Counted from the first letter of the stretch, positions 7,932-19,078 are shown. The stretch is DNA of 64,000 bases from a bacterium (GCA_031401035.1 JANNRA010000035.1:1322-65321), one strand, 5' to 3'. The notes: a model not told the origin generated them from the letters alone. Numbers and translations are program-made.

Positions 7932-8390
7932 ATGGCCAGGCGGCGAGCACCCGTCCACATTCCACTCGTCGATCGGTTCAATCGCCGAACGATTGTTCTG
8001 CTGACCGTTTGCACGCACGGCCGGAAGCCAATTCTGGCGCGGGATGATGCGTTCGCGTCGCTGATGGCATCATGGCACGCAGCACGTGGTTGGCACATCG
8101 GGCGATTTGTTGTTCTGCCCGACCACGTTCATTTGTTCTGCGCGCCCGCACTATCTGGGCCGTCGCTGCCGCGCTGGGTCGCCTATTGGAAGTCGCTTGC
8201 TGCCCGCAAATGGCCACGGGTATCAGATCATCCGATCTGGCAGCGCGACTTCTGGGATCGGCAGCTGCGTGGGTTCGAACACTACGAAGAACGCTGGCAG
8301 TACGTTCGAATGAATCCCGTGCGGCACGGCCTTGTAGCGGTCGCGGACGCATGGCCCTATCAGGGAGAGCTCGCACCTCTGGAGTTGTAA
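7932..8390 (+). CDS. tnpA-REP: REP-associated tyrosine transposase (RAYT; IS200/IS605 TnpA-like HuH Y1 transposase)
   Basis: HuH motif 'VVLPDHVHLFCAP'. Conserved C-terminal Y region (RQLRGFEHYEERWQYVRMNPVRHGLV). About 150 aa. Flanked by REP elements. Confidence 0.85.
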   Translation: MARRRAPVHIPLVDRFNRRTIVLLTVCTHGRKPILARDDAFASLMASWHAARGWHIGRFVVLPDHVHLFCAPALSGPSLPRWVAYWKSLAARKWPRVSDHPIWQRDFWDRQLRGFEHYEERWQYVRMNPVRHGLVAVADAWPYQGELAPLEL

Positions 8391-8451
8391 CCTGCGGGCC
8401 GCCAGGGCCCGTCTTCGTACCTCCTGGCACCGTCGAGACGCGGCTCGTAGC

Positions 8452-8509
8452 GCGTCTGGATGCAGGGCGCTGCCTTGGCGCAACGGGCGCCGACGGAGCG
8501 GCGCCCTCC
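8452..8509. repeat. Degenerate REP doublet, 3' of RAYT
   Basis: The right half GGCGCCGACGGAGCGGCGCCCTCC (8486-8509) matches the family consensus. The left half CTGGATGCAGGGCGCTGCC is degenerate. Confidence 0.6.
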
Positions 8510-8760
8510 ACGACAGAGCAGCTCTTCGGTGACGACAATCGTCTCGCCCGCTGCGTACGGCACTTCTTGTGAGCAACGCCACGCAGCGCGCGGCGCGGCG
8601 GACGTCTCGCCCGCGCTCCCGGATGGTGGCCCCTATGGACCGGGGGTGGTTGCGATGAACCGCCGGGCGGCGCGCGGCGCGGGCATGGCGACCGCACCCG
8701 TCATCAGGCCCGCTTGGCACGAGGCTTGCCATACGTTCTCGCCAGGAGGCGCGACCAACG

Positions 8761-9768
8761 ATGGAACGGCAAATGGTGAACAGCAGCGGCGCGGGCGGCG
8801 CGGCGCAGCGCGGCGTCGAATGGGCGGCGCGCGTGCGCGGCGAGGTGCAACAGGCGGTGGTCGGTCAGGACGCGATCATCGAACGCGCGCTGGTGGCCCT
8901 GCTCGCCGATGGGCACGTGCTCATCGAGGGCATGCCGGGCCTGGCCAAGACTCTGTTGGTGAAGAGCCTGGCGACGGCCCTCGGTCTGCACTTCGAGCGC
9001 GTGCAGTTCACCCCCGACCTGCTCCCTTCCGACGTCGTCGGCACGATGGTCTTTCAGCCGCAGCGCGGCGAGTTCACGACCCATCTCGGGCCGATCTTCG
9101 CCAACCTGGTGCTCGCCGACGAGATCAACCGCGCCCCGGCCAAGGTGCAGAGTGCGCTGCTCGAGGCGATGCAGGAGCGCCAGGTGACCATCGGCGGCCA
9201 GTCGCATCCGCTGCCGAAGCCGTTTCTGGTCATGGCGACGCAGAATCCGGTCGAACAGGAGGGCACCTACCCGCTGCCCGAAGCGCAGACCGATCGCTTC
9301 CTCTTCAAGCTGGTCGTCGACTACCCGTCCGAGCACGAGGAGCACGGGATGCTGCGACGGTGGGGACAGGTGACGCAGCAGCCGCAGCTGCGCGCCGTCT
9401 CCTCGGCCGCCGAGTTGCTGGCGCTGCGCGTCGGCGTCGACGCGGTTTACCTGAGCGAGGATCTTCAGCGCTATATCCTGGCGCTGGTGCGCGCGACGCG
9501 CGCCCTGGTGCATGGCGCCGTGGTCGGCCCGGCGACGCTTGCCTTCGGCGCCTCGCCGCGCGCGACCCTGGCGCTGGCGCAGGCGGCGCGTGCCCTGGCC
9601 TTCGTGCGCGGCGAGGAATTCGCCACGCCGGCGCTGGTGCAGGAGATCTTCTGCGACGCCGTCCGCCATCGCATCGGCCTCACCTACGAGGCGGAAGCCG
9701 AGCGCATCACCCCCGACGCCATTCTGCTGCGCCTGCTGGCGACGACGCCGCTCCCGACGCACGCCTGA
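8761..9768 (+). CDS. moxR: MoxR-family AAA+ ATPase
   Basis: Walker A GMPGLAKT. Walker B LLADEINRA. 'VMATQNP' sensor region. First gene of a Bat-type operon. Confidence 0.9.
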   Translation: MERQMVNSSGAGGAAQRGVEWAARVRGEVQQAVVGQDAIIERALVALLADGHVLIEGMPGLAKTLLVKSLATALGLHFERVQFTPDLLPSDVVGTMVFQPQRGEFTTHLGPIFANLVLADEINRAPAKVQSALLEAMQERQVTIGGQSHPLPKPFLVMATQNPVEQEGTYPLPEAQTDRFLFKLVVDYPSEHEEHGMLRRWGQVTQQPQLRAVSSAAELLALRVGVDAVYLSEDLQRYILALVRATRALVHGAVVGPATLAFGASPRATLALAQAARALAFVRGEEFATPALVQEIFCDAVRHRIGLTYEAEAERITPDAILLRLLATTPLPTHA

Positions 9769-9893
9769 CCACCCTGCACCGCGGAGACACAGAGGCGCAG
9801 AGAAGACGCGTACCTCCCTCCCACGCGTTCTCCCTCCCACGCCCTCCCCCTCTGCGCCTCTGTGCCTCCGCGGTGCCCGCCCTGGACCTGACG

Positions 9894-10808
9894 ATGAACG
9901 CCCCGGCTCCCACCCCCGCTTCCCTGCTGCGCCGACTCGAGTGGCGCGTCCGCCATGCCGCCGACGCGCCCCTCGGCGGCGAGTACCGCTCCGCCTTCCG
10001 CGGCCGCGGCCGCGAGTTCGACCAGGTCGTGCGCTATTCGTTCGGCGACGATGTCCGCGACATCGATTGGAACGTCACCGCCCGCCGCGGCGAACCCTAC
10101 CGCAAGCAGTACGTCGAGGAGCGCGAGCTCACCATCGTGCTGCTGTTCGAGGACAGTCCCTCGCTGCAGTTCGGTTCCGGCGCGCGCAGCAAGCGCGAGG
10201 CGCTGCTCGAACTGGCCGGGCTGTGCGCTCTCTTGGCGGCCGGCAACCGCGACCGCGTCGGCTTCTGGCACGCCACGCCCGACGCGCACCTGGTGCGTCC
10301 AGCGGTGCGCGGCCGCACCGCCATTGTCGAAACCGCCGCGCGCCTGTTCGCACAGCCGCTGCCCGATCTCGCGGCCGGCGGCGCGGTGGCCATCGACTGG
10401 CCGCGCCTGCTGCGCACCTTCCCGCGCCACAGCGTCGTGCTCTGGCTCGGTGACTTCGCCCCGCGCCCGCTGCCGCCGGCGTGGGCCGCCCTGCGGGCGC
10501 GCTACCAGTGCATCGGCGTGCGCGTCGAGGATGCCTGGGAGCGCCTGCTGCCGGCGCGCGGCCGCCTCGCCGTCATCGACCCGCTGAGCGGCGAGCTGCT
10601 GCCGTTCGACCCGTCCTCGCGCGCCAGCCGGGCCCGGCACGCCCTGTGGGTGCGCGCCCGCGACGCATACTGGCAGCAGCTCTTTCCCGCCCCGCTGACG
10701 CGCCTGACGGTGAGCGCCGACGACGACCTGCTGGGCGCTCTGGTGCGCTTCTTCCGCGCCCGCATGCACGGCATGCGGGCGGGGGCGGCGCCGGGTCTGC
10801 CGAGATGA
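9894..10808 (+). CDS. DUF58 protein (vWA-like, MoxR partner)
   Basis: …VRYSFGDDVRDIDWNVTARRGEPYRKQYVEERELTIVLLFEDSPS… is the typical DUF58 core. Its stop overlaps the next start (ATGA). A GTG at 9873 is an alternative start. Confidence 0.8.
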   Translation: MNAPAPTPASLLRRLEWRVRHAADAPLGGEYRSAFRGRGREFDQVVRYSFGDDVRDIDWNVTARRGEPYRKQYVEERELTIVLLFEDSPSLQFGSGARSKREALLELAGLCALLAAGNRDRVGFWHATPDAHLVRPAVRGRTAIVETAARLFAQPLPDLAAGGAVAIDWPRLLRTFPRHSVVLWLGDFAPRPLPPAWAALRARYQCIGVRVEDAWERLLPARGRLAVIDPLSGELLPFDPSSRASRARHALWVRARDAYWQQLFPAPLTRLTVSADDDLLGALVRFFRARMHGMRAGAAPGLPR

Positions 10809-11947
10809 CCGGCGCCTCGTACACTCTCGCCGATCCGCTGTGGCTACTGGCGCTGCTCGCCCTGCCGGCGTTCGCCTGGTGGCGCGCACGGCGCGGCCGA
10901 GCGGTGCTGGTGGTGCCGTTCGTCAGCCAGTGGAACGGTCGCGCGCGCGTCCGGCGCACGCGGCTGCCACTGCTGCTCGCCTACGCCGGTCTCGCCCTGT
11001 TGGTGCTGGCGTTGGCGCGGCCGCAGCGCGTCGACAAGCAGCGGCCCGGACAACAGCAGGGCTACGACATCGTCCTCGCCATCGACCTCTCGGGTAGCAT
11101 GCTGGCCGAGGACTACGCGCGCGACGGCGAGCGCATCAACCGCCTGCAGGCGATCACGCCGATCATCGATGCCTTCATCGCTCGCCGCCCCAGCGACCGC
11201 ATCGGCATCGTCACCTTCGGCGGCCGCGCCTACACGCTGGCCCCGTTGACCGCCGACCACGATTGGCTGCACCGCCAGGTGGCGCGGCTGCGGGTCGGCC
11301 TGATCGAGGACGGTACCGCCGTTGGCGACGCCCTGTCGCTGGCGGTGTCCCGCCTCGGGCAGCCCGGGCGCGCCGCCGCCGGCACGCGCCTCGGCGGCTT
11401 CGTCATCCTCCTCACCGACGGGGCCAGCAACGCCGGCGCCGTCGCGCCGCGCGAGGCGGCCGCGCTCGCCGCCGCGCAGGGCATCCCGGTGTACACCGTC
11501 GCCGCCGGGCAGGCGGGCGTCGTGCCGATGCCGGTGCTCGACGACGCCGGCCGCACGCTGGGTTACCGCCAGGCGGTGTCCGATCTCGACGAGCCGAGCC
11601 TGCGCGCCATCGCCGATGCCACCGGCGGCCGCTACTTCCGCGCCGCCGATGCCGACACCGTCGACGCCGCCTTCGCGGCCATCGACCGCGAACGCACGAT
11701 CAGCTTCGACGCGACGGCGCTGCGCCGCACCGACGAGCTCTACCCCTGGGCGGCCTGGCCCGCCCTGGCGCTGCTGATGAGCGGGTTCGCCCTGTCGCGT
11801 GTCGGAGGGTTGCGCCGCGCGTCGTCCGCGCCCCTGGAGGGCGCCGCTCCGTCGGCGCCTGTTGAACGGGGCGGCGCCGGCACCACCCACCCGGCGCCGA
11901 CGGAGCGGCGCCCTCCAGGGAAGCTGTCGCCGGTGCGTGCGACATGA
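10805..11947 (+). CDS. batA: BatA-like membrane vWA-domain protein; C-terminal ~40 aa are encoded by an embedded REP element
   Basis: N-terminal TM (LWLLALLALPAFAWW). vWA MIDAS motif (DLSGSM). C-terminal TM. The ORF stays open through the REP at 11832-11920 to a TGA that overlaps the batB ATG. Confidence 0.75.
   Translation: MTGASYTLADPLWLLALLALPAFAWWRARRGRAVLVVPFVSQWNGRARVRRTRLPLLLAYAGLALLVLALARPQRVDKQRPGQQQGYDIVLAIDLSGSMLAEDYARDGERINRLQAITPIIDAFIARRPSDRIGIVTFGGRAYTLAPLTADHDWLHRQVARLRVGLIEDGTAVGDALSLAVSRLGQPGRAAAGTRLGGFVILLTDGASNAGAVAPREAAALAAAQGIPVYTVAAGQAGVVPMPVLDDAGRTLGYRQAVSDLDEPSLRAIADATGGRYFRAADADTVDAAFAAIDRERTISFDATALRRTDELYPWAAWPALALLMSGFALSRVGGLRRASSAPLEGAAPSAPVERGGAGTTHPAPTERRPPGKLSPVRAT
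11832..11920. repeat. REP doublet with perfect 28-bp terminal inverted repeats, located inside the batA ORF
   Basis: CCCTGGAGGGCGCCGCTCCGTCGGCGCC … GGCGCCGACGGAGCGGCGCCCTCCAGGG. Confidence 0.85.
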
Positions 11948-13836
11948 CCTTCGCGTATCCCACGCTACTGTTCCTCGCGCCGCTCGCCGGTGTCGGCACC
12001 TGGTTGCTGCTGCGTCGCGGCGGCGTCGAGGCCGATGCCGGCCGCTTCCCGCGCATCCATCGCCTGTGGGCCGACCGCGGCGGTCTGCGTGCCGTGTCCG
12101 GCGCCTACGCGTCGCGCGGACGCGGCCTGCTGCTCGGCGGCGCCGCCGCCCTGGCGCTGCTGGCGTTGGCGCGGCCGCAGTGGGGCGAAGTGGCGGAGCC
12201 GCGCGTCAGCCGCTCGCGCGACGTCATGCTCGCCCTCGACCTGTCGCGCAGCATGCTCGCTGACGACGTCGCCCCGAGCCGCCTGGCCCGCGCCCGCCTG
12301 TTGGTCGAGGCTCTCCTCGACGCGCTGCGCGGCGAACGCGTCGGCCTGACGGTGTTCGCCGGTACCGCTTTCGTGCAGAGCCCGCTCAGCGCCGACTATG
12401 AGGTCCTGCGCGAGCTGCTCGGCGGCCTCGAGCCGTCGTTTCTGCCGCAGGGCGGCACCGACTACGCCGCCATGCTGCGCGCCGCTACCGAGGCCTTCGC
12501 GGCAAGTGGCGACGGCGATCGCTACCTCGTCGTGCTGAGCGACGGCGAAGCGCACGACGACGCCTGGCGGGACCTGCTGCCGACCCTGCGCGAGCGCGGT
12601 ATCCGCGTCGTCGGCCTCGGCGTCGGTACCGCCAGCGGTGCGCCGGTGCCCGACGAGCGCGGCGGCGTGATGCACGACGCCGCCGGCGCGCCCGTGCTCT
12701 CACGGCTCGAGCCGCGCACGCTGCAGGCGCTGGCCGAGCAGACCGGCGGCACCTACCGCGACGCCGCCACCTGGGTGGACATCGTCGACCTGGTCGGCGC
12801 CACCGTCGCGCACGGCCGCGCCGCCGAGGCCGCCGCGCCGCCGCGGGTGCGCCGGCACGACCGCTTCCAATGGTTCCTGGCGCCGGCGCTGCTGTTGGCC
12901 CTGCTGAGCTTCTCGTTCGAGTTTCCCATCTTCCCGCTCGCCGGCGCGTTCTCCACGCGCCGCCGCCGTTCGCACCGGGCATCCGCCACGGCCATCGCGA
13001 CGGCGCTGGGGGGATTCATCGCCTGGCACGCCTCCCCGTGTCCGGCGCGAGCGGCGGCGACGGACGCACCCCCTCCTCAGTCCGTCGTCGCCGCGCACCC
13101 TGCCGTCGATCTCGCCGCCACCGTCGCGGAGCTGAGCGTTCGTCCGACCCTGACCGCGCCCGACTACAGCCGCCTGGCCGCCGACACCATCGGCTTCGTC
13201 GCACAGCCGCAGGCGCCGCGCGGTACCGCGCGCGAAGGCGTGGTCGACGACGCGCTGGCCGCCGTCGACCGCGGCGAGCGCGCCGATGCCCAGGCGGCGG
13301 ACTGGTCGGCGCTGCGCCGCGAGCTCGAGCGGCTGCGCACGGTCGCGGACCCACCGCCGCCGCCGCAACAGCAGGAAGAGCCGCAGCCACAAGCGGCGGC
13401 GCAACAGCCAGGCGAAGAGAAAGAGGATGCGGCCGACCAGGGCGCCGGCCGGGATGGCGCGCCGGAGGCGCAACAGCAGGCAGAGGGCGACGCGCCCGCG
13501 CCGACGAGCGGGCAGGGCGGCGGCGCCCAGTCGCCGCCGCGCCAGCCAGGCGACGCGGCGCCGGAGCACGCAAGCGACGCGGCGCCGTCGCCGCAACCGG
13601 AGGCGGCGCAGGCCGCGTCGGCGAGCGGCCGCGAGGACACGGCGGCCGATGAGGAGCCGACGCGCATGGTCGGCGGCGGCATGCCGCAGGGTGAGTCGCC
13701 GCACGAGGCGGGCGGCGACGCGCTGCAGGCGCGCGCTCGGCAGGTCGCCGAGGGCGACGCGCCGGCGGTGCTCTTCGACCGCATGAATCGCGCCGAGGGG
13801 CGGCCGCGCGCCGCTGCCGGCGGAAAGAACTGGTGA
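11944..13836 (+). CDS. batB: BatB-like vWA-domain membrane protein with a long low-complexity (Pro/Gln/Ala/acidic) C-terminal extension
   Basis: TM helices. DLSRSM MIDAS. A second TM after the vWA domain. ATGA overlap with batA. Stop overlaps the GTG of the next gene. Confidence 0.75.
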   Translation: MTFAYPTLLFLAPLAGVGTWLLLRRGGVEADAGRFPRIHRLWADRGGLRAVSGAYASRGRGLLLGGAAALALLALARPQWGEVAEPRVSRSRDVMLALDLSRSMLADDVAPSRLARARLLVEALLDALRGERVGLTVFAGTAFVQSPLSADYEVLRELLGGLEPSFLPQGGTDYAAMLRAATEAFAASGDGDRYLVVLSDGEAHDDAWRDLLPTLRERGIRVVGLGVGTASGAPVPDERGGVMHDAAGAPVLSRLEPRTLQALAEQTGGTYRDAATWVDIVDLVGATVAHGRAAEAAAPPRVRRHDRFQWFLAPALLLALLSFSFEFPIFPLAGAFSTRRRRSHRASATAIATALGGFIAWHASPCPARAAATDAPPPQSVVAAHPAVDLAATVAELSVRPTLTAPDYSRLAADTIGFVAQPQAPRGTAREGVVDDALAAVDRGERADAQAADWSALRRELERLRTVADPPPPPQQQEEPQPQAAAQQPGEEKEDAADQGAGRDGAPEAQQQAEGDAPAPTSGQGGGAQSPPRQPGDAAPEHASDAAPSPQPEAAQAASASGREDTAADEEPTRMVGGGMPQGESPHEAGGDALQARARQVAEGDAPAVLFDRMNRAEGRPRAAAGGKNW

Positions 13837-16004
13837 TCACGGTGACGGCTGTAATGGCAGACGATCTCACCCGTCGCAGGGTCGCGTTCTTCGTGCTGCT
13901 GACCGCCGTCCTTCTCGCCGCTCCGGGCGCGCGGGCGGACGACGCCGTCGTCGCGGCGCGCCTGACCCCGTCCAACATGACGCCGTACGCGGGCGAAGTG
14001 GTCGACCTCGAACTCGAGGTCAGCCTACGCGGCGTGCGCCGCGGTCAGGTGGTCGGCGGCCCGCGTTGGGACGCCGGCGCGCTGAGCGCCGAGGCATGGA
14101 GCGAGGGGCACGTCGTGCAGTCCGCCGACGGCGGCGCGGTGCAGTTCCACAGCCGCGTCCTGGCGCCAGCGCCCGGCCGCGTCGCCCTCGCCCCCGCCGT
14201 CCAGACGGTGCAGATCGAATCGGCGCGCGGCGGCGACGCAGCCGCGACGGTGCGCCGCTTCGGTGGCACCGACCCGCTCGACGCCTTCTTCGAGCGCTTC
14301 GCCGGCGGCGTGCCGATGCGCGCCGTCGAGGCGCGCAGCAATGCCGTGCAGCTCGACGTCCAACCACTGCCGCAGCCGGCACCGCCCGACTTCAGCGGCG
14401 CCGTCGGGCAGTTCGCGCTCGAGTCGCGCTTGACGCCCGCGCAGGCCAAGACCGGCGAGCCGGTGACCTGGACGCTCACCCTCTCCGGCACCGGCAACTG
14501 GCCGAACGGCGTCGCCCTGCCGGCGCGCGCCGTGCCGGTCGGGCTGCGCACGCTGCAGCCGAAACAGCACGCGTCGTTCGGCGCTGCCGGCCGCTTCAGC
14601 GGCGAGCGTAGCGAGGACCTGGTCCTGCTCCCCGAGCAGCCCGGCGATCTGCTCCTGGCGCCGGTGCGCTTTGTCTATTTCGATCCGCTGCTCGGCACCT
14701 ACCAGACCAGCGAAGCGCGCCCGCCGTCGTTGCACGTCAGCGGCGCGCCGCTCGCCGCCGCGCAGCCGGCGCCGGCGGCGGTCGCACCCGCACCGCAGGA
14801 CACGGCGAGCGCAGTCGCACTGCCGGCCGCACTGCCCGGCGTCGGCCATGGTCGCGCACCGCTGCCGCCGGAGACGCTGTGGCGGCTCGCCGTCGCACCG
14901 CTGGCGCTGACGCTGTGCGGATGGCTCGCTGTCGCCGCCTGGCGGGCCGCGGCCGGTTCTGCACGCCTTGCCACGCGACGCGCCCGGCGCAATCTGCGCG
15001 CCGCGGTCCTGGCCAGCCGCGACGCCGCCACGCCGGCGGCGCGCAGCGCGGCGCTGCTCGCCTGGCAGCGCGCCGCCGCCGCCTGGCTCGGCCTCGAGCA
15101 CGCCGCGCCGACGACGGCGCAGCTCATCGCCCTCCAGCACGCCGCGCCGACGACGGCGCAGCTCATGGCTTGCGGCGCCCCGGCCTGGGCGGCGGTGTGG
15201 GCGGCGAGCGAGCGGGCGCTGTTTGCGCGCAGCCACGCGCTGCCAGACGAGTGGGCCGCGCAGGCGCTGGTGCTGTGCGCGCCGCCGCCACGGCCGGCGC
15301 GGGCGCGGCGGCGCCGTCGTGCCCGCCTGATTCCACAGACGGTCGCGCTCTCACTCATGTGCGCCGGGCTGGCGACAACGGCGCGCGGTGCCGGTGTCGC
15401 GGCCGACCCGCTCGACTGGGTGGCGCGCCACAACGCCGGCGTCGCCGCCGCCGCCGGCGGCGATCTCGATCGCGCCATCGCCGAGGTTGGCGCGGCCTTC
15501 GTCCAAGCCCCGCGTGAGCCCCATCTGCGCGCGGCGCTGGCGGCCCTCGTCGCGCGGCGCCGCGACGGCGACGCAGCCGTCGCTCGCCTCGCCGAAGACG
15601 GCCGCCTGGCGCCGCTCGCCACCCCCTGGCAGTGGCAGATGGTGCTGCTCGGCAGCGCCGCACTGGTCGCCGCCGGCCTGGCGCTCGCCAGCCGGCGGCG
15701 CGCCGCGCTGCTGGTCGCCGCCGTCGGTCTGTCCGGTGCCGGCGTCGCGGCGCTGGCGCTGCACGAGTACGGGCCGCTCGCCGATCCGCGCGCCGCCCTG
15801 CTCGCCCGTGCCGTCGCGCTACGCTCGTTGCCCACCGAGGCGACGGCCAACGACGCCGCCGCGCCGGCGCCGCTGCCGGCCGGCGCGGTGGTTCTCGCCG
15901 AACGCGACTTCCTCGGCTGGACGCGGGTGCGGCGCGCCGACGGCACGGTCGGCTGGGTGCGCCAGGCCGACCTGGTGCAGGTGTTCAGCGCGGCCAGCCC
16001 ATGA
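13833..16004 (+). CDS. batD: BatD-like (oxygen-tolerance) protein fused to TPR-like (BatC-like) and C-terminal SH3 (BatE-like) modules
   Basis: Signal peptide. BatD-like N-terminal half. Internal TM segments. C-terminal 'VVLAERDFLGWTRVRRADGTVGWVRQADL' is bacterial-SH3-like. Contains a 39-nt in-frame tandem duplication. Confidence 0.6.
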   Translation: MITVTAVMADDLTRRRVAFFVLLTAVLLAAPGARADDAVVAARLTPSNMTPYAGEVVDLELEVSLRGVRRGQVVGGPRWDAGALSAEAWSEGHVVQSADGGAVQFHSRVLAPAPGRVALAPAVQTVQIESARGGDAAATVRRFGGTDPLDAFFERFAGGVPMRAVEARSNAVQLDVQPLPQPAPPDFSGAVGQFALESRLTPAQAKTGEPVTWTLTLSGTGNWPNGVALPARAVPVGLRTLQPKQHASFGAAGRFSGERSEDLVLLPEQPGDLLLAPVRFVYFDPLLGTYQTSEARPPSLHVSGAPLAAAQPAPAAVAPAPQDTASAVALPAALPGVGHGRAPLPPETLWRLAVAPLALTLCGWLAVAAWRAAAGSARLATRRARRNLRAAVLASRDAATPAARSAALLAWQRAAAAWLGLEHAAPTTAQLIALQHAAPTTAQLMACGAPAWAAVWAASERALFARSHALPDEWAAQALVLCAPPPRPARARRRRRARLIPQTVALSLMCAGLATTARGAGVAADPLDWVARHNAGVAAAAGGDLDRAIAEVGAAFVQAPREPHLRAALAALVARRRDGDAAVARLAEDGRLAPLATPWQWQMVLLGSAALVAAGLALASRRRAALLVAAVGLSGAGVAALALHEYGPLADPRAALLARAVALRSLPTEATANDAAAPAPLPAGAVVLAERDFLGWTRVRRADGTVGWVRQADLVQVFSAASP

Positions 16005-16197
16005 CCGATATCCCGTCCGTGCCTGGGACAGCGCGGGCGGGCCAGGCCGGGGGTGCCTCCGGGAATCGCCCGTTTCCTCGCGGCGGATTCGTCAGACAGA
16101 GAAGGAACGGAGGCACCCTCGTCCGACCCTCCGCGGCGCCGCGCTGGCGCGGCGCTTTTGGCCCCATGCGACGGGGCGTGCTTTGATCCATCCATCC

Positions 16198-17622
16198 ATG
16201 CCGCACTCCATCTTCCGCCAGGTCCGCCTCGCCACCTTCGCCTTCCTGGCGCTGCTGTCGATCGGGCTCATCGTGTCGGCCGTGCTCAGCGTCCGCGAGC
16301 AGCGGCGCCTGCAGCTGGCGCAGGTGCAGATCGGCCGCATGCACGAGTTCCAGCGCGTCTACGTCGTCGTCTCGCATCGCCTCAACGACCTCGGCGAGGA
16401 CCCGGCCCCCGACCCGGCCGGACGCCAGGCGGCCGGACAGCAGATCGACATCCTGATCGGTCTCGCGCTGGCGCCGCAGACGGTCGAGAAGCTCTCGGCC
16501 GTGCGCGTCCACCTCGAGTTGATCGACACCGGCGGCGCCTCGCACTTCGCCGACGGCGTGACGCTCTTCAACGAAGCCGATGCGGCCGAGTCGACGCACA
16601 AGGCGGCGCTGCTGGCGCGCCTGCAGCGCGACAACGAAGCGCAGCGCTGGCTCGAGGCGGCGGCGCCGGTCGCCATCCTCGCCGTCGGCGTGCTGCTGCT
16701 GCCGCTGGCGCGACGGCGCATCATCAAGCCGCTCGACGCCTTTGCCGCGCAGCTGTCGCGCCTGGCCGACGGCGACTTCTCGCCGACGCCGGTCAGCGGT
16801 GTCGATCCGTTCCTGCTGCCACTGCACCACCAGCTCAATCAGGTGGTGGGGCGCCTGCGCGAGCTCGAGGCCGAGCACGCCGCGCGCGCCGCGTCGCTCG
16901 AGGACGCCGTGCGCGCGGCGACGCAGAAGGTCCTCGCCCAGCAACGCGCCCTGGCGCGCGCCGAGCGGCTCGCCGCCACCGGCGAGCTTGCCGCCTCGCT
17001 GGCGCACGAGCTGCGCAACCCGCTCGCCGGCATCCAGATCACCCTCGCCAACCTGCGCACCGAGATCGGCGATGCCGAGCTCGGCGAGCGTCTGACGCTG
17101 GTCTCGAACGAGGTCGAGCGTCTCACCCGCCTGCTCAACTCCCTCCTCGACGCCGCCCGCACCACCCCCGAGGCGGCGCGGCCGGTGGCATTGGCGGCGC
17201 TGGTCGACGACGTCGTCGCGCTGATCGGCGTGCAGTTGCCGGCGACGGCGCGGGTGGAGAACCGCATCGACCCGGCGCTCATCTGCCACCTGCCCGCCGA
17301 TCAGGTCCGCCAGGCACTGCTCAACCTGTTGCTCAACGCCGGCGCCGCGCTCGCCGAGCAGGGCGGCGCCGTCGTCTTCAGCGCCGAGCCGGTCGGCGCC
17401 CGCATCCAACTGAGCGTCTGCGACGATGGACCCGGCTTTCCCGCCGAGCTGCTCGAGGGCGGCATCCGCCCCTTCTTCAGCACCCGCGAACGCGGCACCG
17501 GCCTCGGCCTGGCGATGGTGCGCCGCTTCGCGCGCGAGGTCGGCGGCGAGCTGATGCTCGAGAACCGCCAGCCCACCGGCGCCTGCGTGCGCCTGGTCCT
17601 GCCGCGCGCGCTGGCGAGCTGA
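16198..17622 (+). CDS. Sensor histidine kinase (TM, HAMP, HisKA, HATPase_c)
   Basis: H-box 'LAASLAHELRNPL'. N-box 'LLNLLLNA'. G-boxes 'DDGPGF' and 'GTGLGLAMV'. Confidence 0.85.
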   Translation: MPHSIFRQVRLATFAFLALLSIGLIVSAVLSVREQRRLQLAQVQIGRMHEFQRVYVVVSHRLNDLGEDPAPDPAGRQAAGQQIDILIGLALAPQTVEKLSAVRVHLELIDTGGASHFADGVTLFNEADAAESTHKAALLARLQRDNEAQRWLEAAAPVAILAVGVLLLPLARRRIIKPLDAFAAQLSRLADGDFSPTPVSGVDPFLLPLHHQLNQVVGRLRELEAEHAARAASLEDAVRAATQKVLAQQRALARAERLAATGELAASLAHELRNPLAGIQITLANLRTEIGDAELGERLTLVSNEVERLTRLLNSLLDAARTTPEAARPVALAALVDDVVALIGVQLPATARVENRIDPALICHLPADQVRQALLNLLLNAGAALAEQGGAVVFSAEPVGARIQLSVCDDGPGFPAELLEGGIRPFFSTRERGTGLGLAMVRRFAREVGGELMLENRQPTGACVRLVLPRALAS

Positions 17623-17677
17623 AGGGCCGCAGCCAGCCGTTGGTTCGCCGCCGCGGCCCTGCTAGCAATCGCGCGGG

Positions 17678-19078
<1,401 letters not shown>

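Noticed and set aside
8380-8760. Possible sigma-54 promoter (TGGCAC at ~8421) upstream of moxR
   Set aside because: The downstream -12 element (TTGCW at the correct spacing) is absent, so the match is partial only.
8460-10808. 782-aa composite ORF
   Set aside because: The frame is open across the intergenic region, but a protein-like sequence only begins at MNAPAPTP (9894), which is the DUF58 gene. The upstream part runs antisense or out of frame through moxR.
14699-16195. 498-aa minus-strand ORF antisense to batD
   Set aside because: Ser/Ala/Arg low-complexity. The sense-strand BatD has clear domain content.
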